From Octopus sinensis (taxonomy: Eukaryota): DNA of 64,000 nt. The notes under the pieces were generated by a model. That model was not told the DNA's origin. It did no database searches and saw only the letters and a program-made list of their open reading frames with translations. The translations under genes were made by a program, and so were the position numbers. The stretch lies in assembly GCF_006345805.1 (NCBI RefSeq), contig NC_043001.1, forward strand, positions 112,344,001 to 112,408,000. The letters are read 5' to 3'. Shown here in pieces: positions 1-13,532 of this stretch; position 1 is the first letter of the stretch; every line of letters begins with the position of its first letter.

Positions 1-129
1 AGGGCTCTCCTTCATCGTTCGCCGTTTAATGATATAGTTTTCTTCGTCACTCCTTCTCTGTGGATAAAGCATCGAAATGCGTGTGTAAGCTTAGCATACG
101 TACTCTTACATATGTACGCGTGTACACAT

Positions 130-338
130 CAATCAATTCATCTATCCACACACACGTACACATTCACACGCACACACACACACACATATAAGTATGTACA
201 CGTATTTTCTATTTGTGTATAAGTGTGTATGATTATGCCTGTGTATATATATGTGTATATATGCATGTATATATGCATGTATATATGTATATCTAAACAT
301 ACACACACACACACAATATATACACACATATATATATC

Positions 339-403
<65 letters not shown>

Positions 404-553
404 TATATGTGTAGATATATATATGTATACGTATATCTATGCATATATATGTATATATAAATATATACATACGTATATATATATAAATTCTATAATATAT
501 ATATATATTATAGAATTTATATATTATATATATATACGTATGCATATATATAC

Positions 554-592
<39 letters not shown>

Positions 593-610
593 GGTATATA
601 AATATAAATT

Positions 611-654
<44 letters not shown>

Positions 655-660
655 CATAGA
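130..660. repeat. Compound (CA)n/(TA)n microsatellite
   Basis: Direct reading. Confidence 0.95.
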
Positions 661-1173
661 GGAGATAGAAAAGGAGTAAGACATAAAAGAAATATGCGAA
701 AAACAGATTGAAAATAAATAGATAAATAAAAGAGTAAATTCTGAGACAGAAGGGTGGAGATAGGGAGCGTGTGGGCTGCGGTGTTGTGTTGCGGTGATGT
801 TGCAGTGTAGTGGTGCTGCAAAGAGATTGGGGGTGGAGAAAGGATAAGATTCCCAAGATGCTTGTTCAATCAAAAGTGACAAAGGCTGCTGCAATTACAC
901 GTTTAGTTTGTTAATTTTTCTCTAAATAAATGTCATGTGACATTAGTCAGTTCGAAATTGAATTCTTAGAATATATCTGCCACAGACATATTTTTTCTTT
1001 TTTTGCGCGTAGGCATACACACGTATGCAAGCACGTACGCTGATGAATAATACTCACAGATATATATTTGCCGCCATATGAGTAACTAGAAATAACAGCA
1101 ATGTTTCATTAAATTACACCCAGCGTCTTAAGAGAAAGAAGGTCTTATGTTGTAATGTTTCTTTGGTTCATTA

Positions 1174-1565
1174 AAGGAGCGAGCCGGCAGAAACGTTAGC
1201 ACGCCGGGTAAAATGCGTAGCAGTGTTTCGTCTGCTGCAACGTTCTGAGTTCAAATTCCGCCATGGTCGACTTTGCCTTTCATCCTTTCGGGGTCGATTA
1301 AATAAGTACCAGTTACGCATTGGGGTCGATATAATCGACTTAATCCGTTTGTCTGTCCTCTCTGTGTGTACCCTTGTGGGCAGTAAAAAATAAAAAATGT
1401 TAGCACGCCGGGTAAAATGTTTAGCGGCATTTCATTCGTCGTTATATGCTGAGCTCAAATTCCGCCGAGGTTGAAGTTGCTTTTCATCCTTTGGAGATCT
1501 ATATAATAAATATCAGTTGAAAACTGGGGTCGATGTAATCGACTTACTCCTTCCCTCAAATTTGG
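1174..1565 (+). mobile_element. Two tandem SINE family B copies (aaggcggcgagctggcaga...ggggtcgat...)
   Basis: 1174-1395 and 5'-truncated 1397-1565 share gttagcacgccggg...gagttcaaattccgcc...ggggtcgat. Confidence 0.85.
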
Positions 1566-3844
1566 ATCAACTGTTTTTCTTTGATTCATTTGTATAGTAC
1601 AGTAGCCAAGCTGTTAGACGTAGTAGCTAAGCTATTGCCTCGCCATATATGCTCAAAATATAATCCGGCAGAGACACCACAGGGACAATAGGTACTCTTA
1701 ATGATGGCTGCACGAAATCACATTGAACAGTTGAAAGTATAAAAACTAACGGGATCCGTGGAAATACCACTATGTAAGTCAGCATATCTGATAAGATTAC
1801 GTTGATATATTAAACACAAGGAAGGTATTTCAAAGAGTTCTTTTGAAATCCTATCGTTTGAAATGAAGCTGTAACATCCACAGCTAGTTGCGAACTAAAG
1901 TTGTTTCCCTTTAGTTTAACTATCTATCGATATGCCTTTTAATGCATGACTTTATAGATCTTCATGACACTGTTTCATCCTGTTAAACATTTTGGATTCT
2001 GCCATGTCTTCTCTTTCTATTTTCTCACTGATTCCTCTATTTCCGTTTCTCTTATTGTCTCTCTTTCTCCTCTTCTCCCCCCTCTCTCTCTGTGTCTAGG
2101 TATGTCTTTCTCCTTTCGAGTTATTATCTCCCTTGGCGTAACACTCGGGCAAAACAGTAAAATGGCAGGAAGCAGAATAATATTGTAGATAATGTAATCA
2201 ATAAGTATATTATTTGTCCTACTCTAGATCCTCAATTCTTGATGGTTGCTGTCAAGCGGTAAATCTTGTCACAATCACTTGTAGACCTGGCAGACCACAT
2301 CCGTCACTAAGTTTTATTATAACTGATTCATTCTAGTAAGAAAAACCACTAGGTCATGGGTTCGATTCCTCGACCGGGTGGTGAGCTGTGTCCTTGAACA
2401 TAGCGCCTCATTTCACATTGCTGCACTCTGGAAATATTTAGAAACGTCAATCCAATACTTCTACAGCTTCTCTGACTGCACCTACCACATCCCCAGTATT
2501 CCCTCAATTAAAGGGAAGGACTGGAGGCGTCTAAAACATTTAGTGATATCATGATAAATGTTTCGAAGTCACACTCGGGTGGGAAAATCGTTTATGGTAC
2601 GTTAGAATAGTTTTATCAGGAGCGTCTAAGATGGGTTTTCGAAGTGGTAATACTTCCTTACAATAGCAGCCAAAGTAAGAGTACAACGATAAAAACAATT
2701 ATGCCACATAGTGTTGAGCATTTGCTTTGGACCTCACCTTTTGCAATTTCACTCTAAATGTGTAAAGTACCTTACCGAGTCCTATAGACACATAGGGCCG
2801 GTTTCTCGGTTTCCGTGGCGTTTATATTCCCCACCTGAACGAGACGCCGATCCTTTGTAAGAACACCCATTTTTGCCAGCTGCATGGACTGGAGCAACTT
2901 GAAATGAAGTGTTTTGCTCAAAAACAAAACATGTCGTCCGGTCTAGGAATCGAAACTACAATCTTACGATCATGAGTCAAACACCCTAACTACGAAGCCA
3001 GTTTCAATAAATACAGTAAAATTTTCAACGACGAGAGTTCTACGGCCTCTTTATCGAATCTCGACCTTCGAATTTCGACGAGAAGGTCATGAGCTGAAAT
3101 GCATTTGATCATAGGTCTACTCGATCAGGGACCATCCGATTCTGCATAATAACAATAGGAAACAACACCTGTATACAAAAATATTCATTTTCTTGCTGAT
3201 AATGCACATACACATATACACACATATACACACATATACTCAACGCACAAGTTACAACTCTATAATATCAGTTTGTACTGTGTAATATTGTGGTTCAGCT
3301 AATGTAAAACAGTGAATCGAAAGCAGAGCACTATTTCTTGTAGGTTGAGTTATTATGTAAAGGATCCTGCGCTGGGTGAACCAATGTGTGGTTTAAATAT
3401 AGTAAACCAGTTATTGATTCGTTTGAAAACCTGTAAACGAAGTTAATATTAAATATCGACGATATACAATACTTATAAGTAAATGAAGACCAGTTCACAC
3501 AAATATTTTGTACCTGATTTCACTACACAACCCATACTGAAAATATTTCCATCTTCTACAACTCTACACTTCACTAACTTCATCTGCAATCCCGCCAGTT
3601 CCACTGTGTGATCTTTCATATATTTCTATTCTAGCAATTATATAAATTTCGTTCAACCGATTCTACTACCAATCCTCTTCTTAAGCATCTTACAGTGTCT
3701 CCTTAATACGCTTCATATTCAATACTTTAACAAAACCCTTTCGCTCGACCTAAATGTCTATAGAACTATCACCCATGATTTCTATACCGTATTGCTTTTC
3801 AAACAATGCATTGTGGTGCGCAACTGCGTCACCAAGAATATATA

Positions 3845-4736
3845 CAGGGTGCAGTGAATATATTGTCGTCTAAATTACACATAAAGGAAAGTAACATTGA
3901 CATCTCATTTTAACGGATATATTTATCAAAATTACATAAAAAATATCTTGAAATACTAAAGAGTAAATTTATTCAATAAAATCGCCATTGATTTCAACCA
4001 CGGCCTCCAAACGATTTTGGATTCTCCTGTAACACTTTTGGACGGTCTCCTTGTTTAAGTTGTTGTTTAAGCTGCCATAATCCTTACCTTCGGTTCATCT
4101 TTGGTGTTACAAGGAGCTTTGTTGATCTCTCGTTCAACTGAGCCCTACGCATAATAATCGAGGGGGTTGCAGTCTGAGGAGATAGGTGGCCAGATGTTAG
4201 GGGTGATATGGTTGTAGAAATTGTCTGACAACCAGGACTGGGTTCTACTGCTTGTGTGGCATGGTGCAGAGTCCTGTTGCTAGACTTAGGATCTTCCAGC
4301 AGCCACATTCTTGACCCAGGATAGCACTACCTCCTCCAAGCACTTGATATAGGCCTCTGTGTTGAGTTTGAGACCATGTAGGAAGATGAATGGAGGCATA
4401 ATGTCGCCATCACTAGTGATCACTCCAAACGCCGTAATGTTGACTCAATGTTTGATTTTTATCATTCTCGGTATATGTCCTTCGATGGCACTGTCCTCAG
4501 ATTGACGCCCAAACGCTCTGAAATGTTCGTACTGGAGCGTCCGGCGCGAATGCTAAGCAGTACAGAATGTCGTTTCCAAATTTCTGGCAGAGTGCATTGC
4601 GTCTTGGTGCTGTTTTTCTCATAGACGGTGCCCGACTGACCCTAGTATATTGTGTAATCGACAAAACCAAAAAGAAGCGATGTGTATGCGCGAAATTACA
4701 AATATAAAATCACAATAATTTACCCATCGCACCCAG
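3845..4736 (-). mobile_element. Internally deleted Tc1/mariner transposon, DD37D (maT-type) transposase remnant
   Basis: TA|CAGGGTGC left terminus and a degenerate right terminus (gcacccag). Minus strand reads FGVITSDGDIMPPFIF...QQDSAPCH-(37 aa)-DCNPLDY, with TGG>TAG stops. Confidence 0.8.
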
Positions 4737-5439
4737 CTTTAAATATTTTTAATCTGTCATTTAATGCGTTATATATATTGTACAAAATATGGTTGTGAAG
4801 GCGCGTATGTTGTGCTCTTGAATAATACACTTCATTTCACGTTGCTCCTGTCCACTCAACTCAGTGACGGAGTGGCGTTCCGTTCAGTGGAAACATTGGC
4901 CTGCCGGGGAGTAGCATCTTTCGAAAGCGCACAGCAACGTGAGCAAGTGTATTATGACTAGCGGTGTATAACAACATCCGGTAGTCTGATCCATTCAGTG
5001 ACAAAAAGTATGATTATTGAAACAAGGTGAGCAACAAAAAAAATAATGAGAAATAGCTCTAATTTTTCCCGTTTGCTTTTTCCTGTTTTCTTTTCCCCTT
5101 TTCCCGTTTATCAATCTTAGACCTTTTATATCTACTTCATTCACACCTTTTCTCGCTTTTTCTCTCATTCTACCGGCCCAGTTCTATTTTTAGTTCGTTA
5201 TGCCATGTGGACAGTGCCTGATGATTGTACTATGACATCAGACGTTTTTAAAAACACTGTCGGGCATGCTTTCAGCGCATGAAACTTATAGTTGCACATA
5301 AAGAAATATATATTATGTTTATTAATATATATATATATATATACATAATGAGGGAGATAAATTGAATATTAATTTAATTAATATCAATTTAAAACCAGTA
5401 GCCTAGCATACAAACATCTAAAAAATCAGAGAAAATTCT

Positions 5440-5743
5440 TATACATGTGTATATTTTAAGGGCTAAAAAACCACTATATGGACAGCCATATGCTAGAAAT
5501 AGATCACCTACGATCAAACTACAAAGAAAGAATGTTATATAGAGAAAACTTCAGCGGACATCAGAACAATAGGCGAGCAAGACAGATGAAAATTTATATA
5601 AAAAACAAGAATTAATCGCATACTGGTTTCGTCTATTAACGAATAAATCACTTACGTAATCCTTCTTTGTAGTTTGATCGTAGGTGATCTATTTCTAGCA
5701 TATGGGTGTCCACATAGTGGCTTTTAGCCCTTAAAATATAGAC

Positions 5744-5750
<7 letters not shown>
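5440..5750. repeat. Inverted repeat, ~92-bp arms with ~125-bp spacer, next to (TA)n
   Basis: 5440-5533 versus the reverse complement of 5659-5750 (aagggctaaaa...atatgctagaaatagatcacctacgatcaaactacaaagaa). Confidence 0.9.
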
Positions 5751-5817
<67 letters not shown>

Positions 5818-5917
5818 TCAATATAGGGTGGCAAAAAAAAAAATTTTGTAGAATTTCTTTGCCACCAGCGGCCTAGTGGGAAAAATTAAATAGTCATAGA
5901 CCATTTATAAGTTCAAC

Positions 5918-6373
5918 ATCACAATCAAGGAACGGCCATAATAGGCCATTCACCCACTAGAAATAACAGCCAAAGCTTCAACCGCAAAATAACATTAATT
6001 CCGCAACCAGGAGAAAATTAAAAAAACATTTACCCTGTAATTTCTTATACGATGCACCGTTTCATCTATTGTTTAATGGTAAACTAACCTGATTAAATTA
6101 AATCAAGCCAATCTTCCATAGGCCCTTAGATTCGTCAGTAAGAAATAGCCAGATCGGAACAGATATTTTCACGAGGCACTTCTGTCCCTGCCTCGGCAAT
6201 ATCTGACCTAAAATTTTCAAATCATCGCACTCGCGCCAAATTTATCGGCAGCAAATAAATATAAGCCGCCGATTTAATTTTCTCCTGGTTTGCGGAATTA
6301 ATGTTATTTTGCGGTTGAAGCTTTGGCTGTTATTTCTAGTGGGTGAATGGCCTATTATGGCCGTTCCTTGATT

Positions 6374-6378
<5 letters not shown>
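5918..6378. repeat. Inverted repeat, ~105-bp near-identical arms with ~250-bp spacer, next to (TA)n
   Basis: 5918-6022 versus the reverse complement of 6273-6378, differing by about one indel. Confidence 0.92.
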
Positions 6379-6414
<36 letters not shown>

Positions 6415-7030
6415 TTTGGTAAGTAGCGTCGATGTTTACAATACTGTAAATAATAATAATAATAATTATATTTTATAAGCTTAAAGTTTATAAGTCTTCA
6501 CAGTGCACTGACTGCTGAAAATAGTCTAATATTTTTTCCGTCGAATGCTTATATGCCCCAGTATTAGACTATTTTCTTGCACGGTGATTGCCTATATGCT
6601 TTCAGCTTACAAAATATTATTACCACACATACACACACACGCACATATAATGTCCATATTTCTAAATTTTCAGCTTTAAAACAGTTTTCTCCAAACATTT
6701 CTTGTGAATTATATCAATGATATTTTATTTAATCTCCAGTGTGCTACAACCTCAGACAATTAAAAAATCACTGGATCACAGGCATTGACGAAGATAATTT
6801 TAGAATTAATATCAACAGAATTGATATTGCCAAATTCAAAAGACATGAATAAGTTAACGGTTGCGGTTTCTAATATATAAAAAAATATATTAAAAAGTTA
6901 TTCCTGTGTGTGTGTGTGGAGAGGTGGGGGGAGGGGCTTTTTGCTTTGTATTTACTATGATAAATGGTGCTGATTTGTTTAGGCCCCCGTAATTTTGGGT
7001 TTCGGCAATGAGTACTAGATTTTAAAAGAT

Positions 7031-7216
7031 AGGCGTAGGTGTGGCTGTGTGGTAAGTAGCTTGCTTACCAACCACATGGTTCAGGGTTCAGTCCCACTGC
7101 GTGGCACCTTGGGCAAGTGTCTTCTACTATAGCCTCGGGCCGACCAGAGCCTTGTGAGTGGATTTGGTAGACGAAAACTGAAAGAAGCTCGTCGTATATA
7201 TGTATGTATATATATG

Positions 7217-7251
<35 letters not shown>

Positions 7252-7468
7252 ATGTTTGTGTGTCCGTGTTTGTCCCCACAACATCGCTTGACAACCGATG
7301 CTGGTATGTTTACGTCTCCGTAACTTAGCGGTTCGGCAAAAGATACCGATAGAATAAGTACTATGCTTACAAAGAATAAGTCCTGGGGTCGATTTGCTCG
7401 ACTAAAGGTGGTGCTCCAGCATGGCCACTGTCAAATGACTGAAACAAGTAAAAGAGTAACAGAGAGTA
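7031..7468 (+). mobile_element. SINE family A (tRNA-like head, conserved central domain, internal (TA)/(TG) tract, (AAAAGAGT)n tail)
   Basis: gtggctgtgtggtaagtagcttgc...ggatttggtagacg.aaactgaaagaag...aagtaaaagag. The central block resembles the MetaSINE domain (from memory). Confidence 0.9.
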
Positions 7469-7592
7469 TACGTTCTGGGGTCACTTTGTTCGACAAAATC
7501 TTTCAAGACGCTGCACCAGCATGGCCACACTTCAATGACTGAAACAAGTAGGAGACAAAATCATATTTCATTCTCAGGTATACTATGCCACA

Positions 7593-7993
7593 TCTTTATA
7601 TATAAAAGTGAAGTTGTGTGAGTGTCTGTCTCCTACGATTTAGATTCCTAACTACTCCCACATTTTGCGGTGCAGTTTAACCAAAACCGGGTATCTTATA
7701 GTCGTGATTCATATCGAGCCCTTCTGGGTATTAGCGCGCGTCTACGATGACTCTACGATTTAAAAAAAAATTTACCATCATTTTTTCCATTTTAATGCAT
7801 TTTTTCGCTATTAAATAAGGGAAGTAACTCTCTAAAAATGTCTAAGATGAGTCAACGATTTAAAAAAATATTTACCATCATTTTATTTCCATTTTTAATG
7901 CATTTTTTTGCTATTTTTTGGTTATAACTCTCTAAAATTGCTTATATAGTTATTTCCCTTACAAACCCGAGCAACGCCGGGCGATACTGCTAG
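7593..7993 (+). mobile_element. Non-autonomous Helitron
   Basis: A|TC 5' end, subterminal hairpin CCCGAGCAACGCCGGG (7966-7981), CTAG|T 3' end, and an internal ~95-bp tandem duplication. Confidence 0.85.
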
Positions 7994-8614
7994 TATATGA
8001 TAAAATAAAAGACGCGTGGGAGAAAGAATGCTATCATTATTTGACATTAATACTTTTCTCAAAGAAGGGAGCTGGTGCGACCCATCGTTTAATATTTATG
8101 AAAGCAGACAGACAGTCGTAAGTATGGATGGATGGACGGACATTAAATTATCAAACGTACAGAAAAACAAAAACGATAATGTTTAATTATTGAATAGATG
8201 TGACTATTATTTAATTATGTGGTAAATTTTTCTCAGAGTTCCAATTTAATGTAGAACGTTCCTATGTGATGCAGAACTGAATATATTTGCTTGATGGTGT
8301 CATAGAAAATAATTCTTGGCGATATAATTTATACGGACGTGTTTTTCAATTTAAAGCCGATTTTTCAGTTATCAATATAAAAAGAAAACGTTATCTCGTC
8401 TCTGTTTATGACTGTCTCAATTTACTATTCTGCTAGCACCAGAATTACTGAGCGACATTTTTAATGATTTTGCTCTTAAGCAATTCATTTGAAATAATTA
8501 GATTGGGAAGACATATAAAACGGACAGCGTGAGAACTACGTTTTATTGCTTGAGAATTTGTCTGTAGAGTAACTAATAAGATGACAGCAAACTGAATCAT
8601 ATATATGCTTACAT

Positions 8615-8649
<35 letters not shown>

Positions 8650-10123
8650 TATATGATGTGTTTGTGTAAATATGTGTTTTTGCAGTTGTGCGTCTGTGTG
8701 TGAACGCGTGTGTACACGTCTGTGTCTGCATGCGTGTGTATACGTGTATACGTGTGTGCGTTTATATATATTTATCAATGTCCCATTAGGTGTTTTTTTT
8801 TAGAAGATTATCTTCACTCGATAATATTGTCTCCAAGTTATTATATTCACTGTACATGCCAAGATTAACAAATAAAAAGATGTTTATCTAGTCACGTAAA
8901 TATATGGAAACTAACATATAAGTATATGTACATACACACGATGACGCATACAAACACACATGCGCACACACATACACACACTCATACACACATGAACCCA
9001 TATATACATATGTTTGTATATATATATATATAATATATATATATATAATATATATATATATATACATACATGTATAAATATGAATGTATGTAAATATACA
9101 TATGTATATATTCGCATAGGTAAGGAAAAACTTTTCACTTATACATTCTTCGCCATGATTCATTAAAAACACAACTGTGTTCTAGTTTTATCTTTTGTCA
9201 TCACAGATATGTCATACCTTCCTATCAATTTCTAGAAATTCTTTTGAATCAATAAAATTCCTAAATCCATTTTAAATGTTTCCAGATATTCACAACCTCA
9301 TTATCAAGAATTAGAATATATTTAATATCTGTGTTACTCTTTTCATACTGATCGAGTTTTCTGTAGATTTTATACCAAAGGTTTTGATTGTCAGGTTTCC
9401 ACGTTGGCAGGAATAAACTAAAATTTATTATATACTAGTGAGACACCAAGATCAAAGCCCTTCTTTTTAACAGAACATTGCAAATATCTAAAACCGAAAA
9501 CTGGCTACTAGTGATCAACGTATTTGACACATTTCACTGTAAAATATTAATTTTAAATTTCAGTACACTAGGTGTTATATTGGACATACCAATACAACAC
9601 TGTTTTATAGACTTACCATGCAATTGTAATACACTACACTAAAAAAGATAACAGCGTGCAAAGTTAGATGGAAACATAGTAAAGGATAATTCTGGGTATT
9701 CTTTGAATAGATCCATCTTGAAAGCCATACTCATATCGTAATACAATACCAAAAATAACGCCCAAACGACACACACATCGAAAATTTGATGCGTTGATAC
9801 TAACGTGAAATCCACCTGGCAAAATATTTGACCATAACTGAAAAATTGCTATCATGGAAGCATAAAAGCAAAATCATAACCCATGACGGGAAAGTCTACA
9901 AAGAATTCCATCTGTTTATAAAATTCACTGCAGATACAAAATATGATCCGGTTCTATAAAATATGACCGTGAACGTTTAGAAACGTTGAGTAAGGATTTA
10001 AAGCTTGGTTGTTCCAGACCAAAAAATCAATACTAATATTTGAAAAGGTTATAAACAAGAAAAAATCTGTAACATAGTTGTGTCATTAATAAAATACACG
10101 CGCGCGTACATATGCATATGTGG

Positions 10124-10507
10124 TGGAAGCACTCCGTCGGTTACGACGACGAGGGTTCCTGTTGATCCGATCAACGGAACAGCCTGCTCGTGAAATTAAC
10201 GTGTAAGTGGCTGAGCACTCCATAGACACGTGTACCCTTAACGTAGTTCTCGGGGATATTCAGCGTGACACAGAGAGTGTCAAGGCCGGCCCTTTAAAAT
10301 ACAAGTACAACAGAAACAGGAAGTAAGAGTGAGAGAAAGTTGTGGGGAAAGAGTACAGCAGGGATCACCACCATCCCCTGCCGGAGCCTCGTGGAGCTTT
10401 TAGGTGTTTTCGCTCAATAAACACTCACAACGCCCGGTCTGGGAATCGAAACCGCGATCCTACGACCGCGAGTCCGCTGCCCTAACCACTGGGCCATTGC
10501 GCCTCCA
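10124..10507 (-). mobile_element. SINE family C (young, ~385 bp)
   Basis: tggaggcgcaatggcccagtggttagggcagcggactcgcgg...gtaaccgacggagtgcttcca, nearly identical to the copies at 28841 and 52788. Confidence 0.92.
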
Positions 10508-11422
10508 CTACATATACATATACACATACAAACACACCCATACATATACATGCCAAACTGTCAAGCGGGTGCTGTTGTGTTGCTCAAGTCCAATGTTTGA
10601 AATGAATAAAACATAGAATACGTTCAATCCTGGAAGAAAAGAAAGATGACGATGGTCACGTGTGAGAACGAGAGAGAGAGAAAAGGAGTAATCTTTTTGA
10701 TGCGGCTCTATACTATTTTCTCCGCCTTTGTTTTTTTCTCTCATTATTTTCTCTCCCTTTTTCTCCCCTTCACCGTTTTCTATCTGTCCCTCTCCCCTCT
10801 TTCTCCTTTTCTCTCTCTCGTTCCTGACACGTCACCTTCGTCTATCTTCTTTTCCTCACGTGATCATCTTTCTTTTCTTTCAGGACTGACCTAAAGGACT
10901 AGACGTATCATATCTCTCTCTTCTATCTTTTCTCTTGTCAAAAAAATATTTTTCCAGCGTTCGCTATTTTACACCCGTTTTGGTCTAAAGATACTCCATA
11001 TTTGTTTTCGTTCTGTTTCCTTGTAGGTCTCCGCTGTCCTGCTTTTGTTCCCAACTTTGACCCTCCATAAATCCCCGATTTTATTTTGGTACGTATGGGA
11101 GCAACAGTCTTCCAAGACTCATATTGTCGTCCAATGCTCGAAATGAAAAATAGATACTTGTCCTGTTATCCATTTGTTTCTCTCGTTGCTTGCGTATTGA
11201 ACTCATTTGTTTTCGTATTTCATGTTGTTTACTGTTGGTGACGTCTTGTACCCATATATGCATATGTATATATACATACATATATAAAAAGGGAATTACT
11301 CCAATAGGCATGGAGAAAGTAAAACTTCGGTCATAGAATCCGCATATACACACACACATACATGTATGCACACACACGCACACACATGTATGTATGTATA
11401 CACACACACACACACACATATA

Positions 11423-11478
<56 letters not shown>

Positions 11479-11548
11479 CTCACACACGCGTGTACATATA
11501 CATACAAATACACACACATATATATATGTCTACGCATACACGCACATA

Positions 11549-11956
11549 GGCGCAGGAGTGGCTGTGTGGTAAGTAGCTTGCTAACCAACCACATGGTTCC
11601 TGGTTCAGTCCCACTGTGTGGCATCTTGGGCAAGTGTCTTCTGCTATAGCCTCCTGCCGACCAAAACCCTGTGAGTGGATTTGGTAGACGGAAACTGAAA
11701 GAAGCCTGTCGTATATATGTATATATATGTATGTGTGTGTATATGTTTGTGTGTCTGTGTTTGTCCCTCTAGCATTGCTTGACAACCGATGCTGGTGTGT
11801 TTATGTCCCCGTCACTTAGCGGTTCGGCAAAAGAGACCGATAGAATAAGTACTGGGCTTACAAAGAATAAGTCCCGGGGTCGATTTGCTCGACTAAAGGC
11901 GGTGCTCCAGCATGGCCGCAGTCAAATGACTGAAGCAAGTAAAAGAGTGAAAGAGA
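11549..11956 (+). mobile_element. SINE family A
   Basis: Full-length match to 7031-7468. Confidence 0.9.
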
Positions 11957-12459
11957 ATACACACGCATATATACCCATGCACGCACCACTATGCTCATAC
12001 ACACATCTCTACATGCATACGCACATACATACGCGGATATACAAAACGTAGTTTATACGCACAAGCATATACATGCGCAGATAGACGTATATACAAATAA
12101 AAACACATACTCAAAAACGCATCCATCATTATGTTCATTTGCACATCTCTATACGCACATACACATACATTCGCGGAACATAATGAATCGTGTACTTTTG
12201 CGTATGTGTTTTAATTTATATAAACTTGAAGAGGAACGTGAGAGTAGAGAGAGAGGTCTGTTTATCAAAAAATGGTCGACAGCGGCAACACTGGCGGGAC
12301 TGAAATCAACCAATTCTGAATATACTAAGCAGGAGAAAAGAAACTGGAAGAGGGCACTTTCCGATGCCTTAGAGACAGCAGAGTAATCCGGGATATTTGT
12401 TTGGGGTTTTTACCCTGAATGACCCTAAGTGGAATACACCGAAATTTGGGGATTCGATC

Positions 12460-12887
12460 TCTTTTACTTGTTTCAGTCATTTGACTGCGGCCATGCTGGA
12501 GCACCGCCTTTAGTCGAGCACATCGACCCCAGGACTTATTCTTTTTTTGTAAGCCCAGTACTTATTCTATCGGTCTCTTTTTGCCGAACCGCTAAGTGAC
12601 GGGGACGTAAACACACCAGCATCGGTTGTCATGCGATGTTGGGGGAGGGGGGGCAAACACAGACACACAAACACACACACATACATACAAACACACACAT
12701 ATATATATATATACATACATACGACGGGCTTCTTTCAGTGTTTCCGTCTACCAAATCCACTCACAAGGCTTTGGTCAGCCCGAGGCTATAGGAGAAGACA
12801 CTTGCCCAAGGTGCCACGGAGTGGGACTAAACCCGCAACCATGGAGTTCGTAAGCAAGCTACTTACTACACAGCCACTCCTACGCCT
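12460..12887 (-). mobile_element. SINE family A
   Basis: Reverse-complement full-length copy. Confidence 0.9.
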
Positions 12888-13359
12888 ATATTTATATACT
12901 ATTATTTATTTCTCTACTTTCTATTATATATCATCTGTTATATGCTTTAATGTGGCAGTATTTCCACTTGATTGTTGTTAACCCCACATGTTTTGGGGTT
13001 TGAAATTGTCCTCCATGTCTTGGGCCCTTGTGGCCAATAAAAGAAATCATTATTATACTCTATTTTTTTATCAACCCTAGAGCCCTCGGAATTTCAGCCA
13101 TACAAAATGAGCGGAGGGCAAAGCATACATCACCCCAAGCCACACGACACGAGGACCACCACTACAACCGAACCCCCTCCCCAGCAGCAGCAGCACCACC
13201 ACCTCCACCACCTCCAACACCACTACCACCAATAACAACAGCAACAAGAAAAACTGAAACAACAACAACTACAACAACATCAACAACAATATCAACAAGA
13301 ACGACACCAACACAGCTTGTCAACGTTAGTATCCAGAAAAAAATGCTTTTTAAGACGTG

Positions 13360-13397
13360 TATGTATGTATGTATTTGTATGTATGTATGTGTGCATG

Positions 13398-13460
<63 letters not shown>

Positions 13461-13510
13461 ATCTATATCTATCTATATCTATATCTATCTATCTATCTAT
13501 CTATCTATAT
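13360..13510. repeat. (TATG)n + (TATC)n microsatellite
   Basis: Direct reading. Confidence 0.95.
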
Positions 13511-13532
13511 ATATTTCACCCTTTTCAAGCCT

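Noticed and set aside
138-894. Many ORFs rich in IY/YI/CV/HT (also near 7081, 8445-9172, 11081-11785, 13317-15435, 23205-25144, 37866-38681, 42850-43144, 62492-63055)
   Set aside because: They are translations of (TA)n, (CA)n, (TATG)n and (TATC)n microsatellites, which lack stops. No protein signal.
9300-9900. Faint resemblance to a Penelope RT thumb/linker (NVKS..AKYL)
   Set aside because: Too degenerate to support by eye. It needs a profile search.
11779-12051. Recurrent ORFs such as MTTDAGVFMSP..., RRASFSFRLPNPLTRLWSARGYSRRHLPKVP... and MVVIPAVFFHH...
   Set aside because: Incidental frames inside SINE-A and SINE-C, repeated wherever the SINE occurs.
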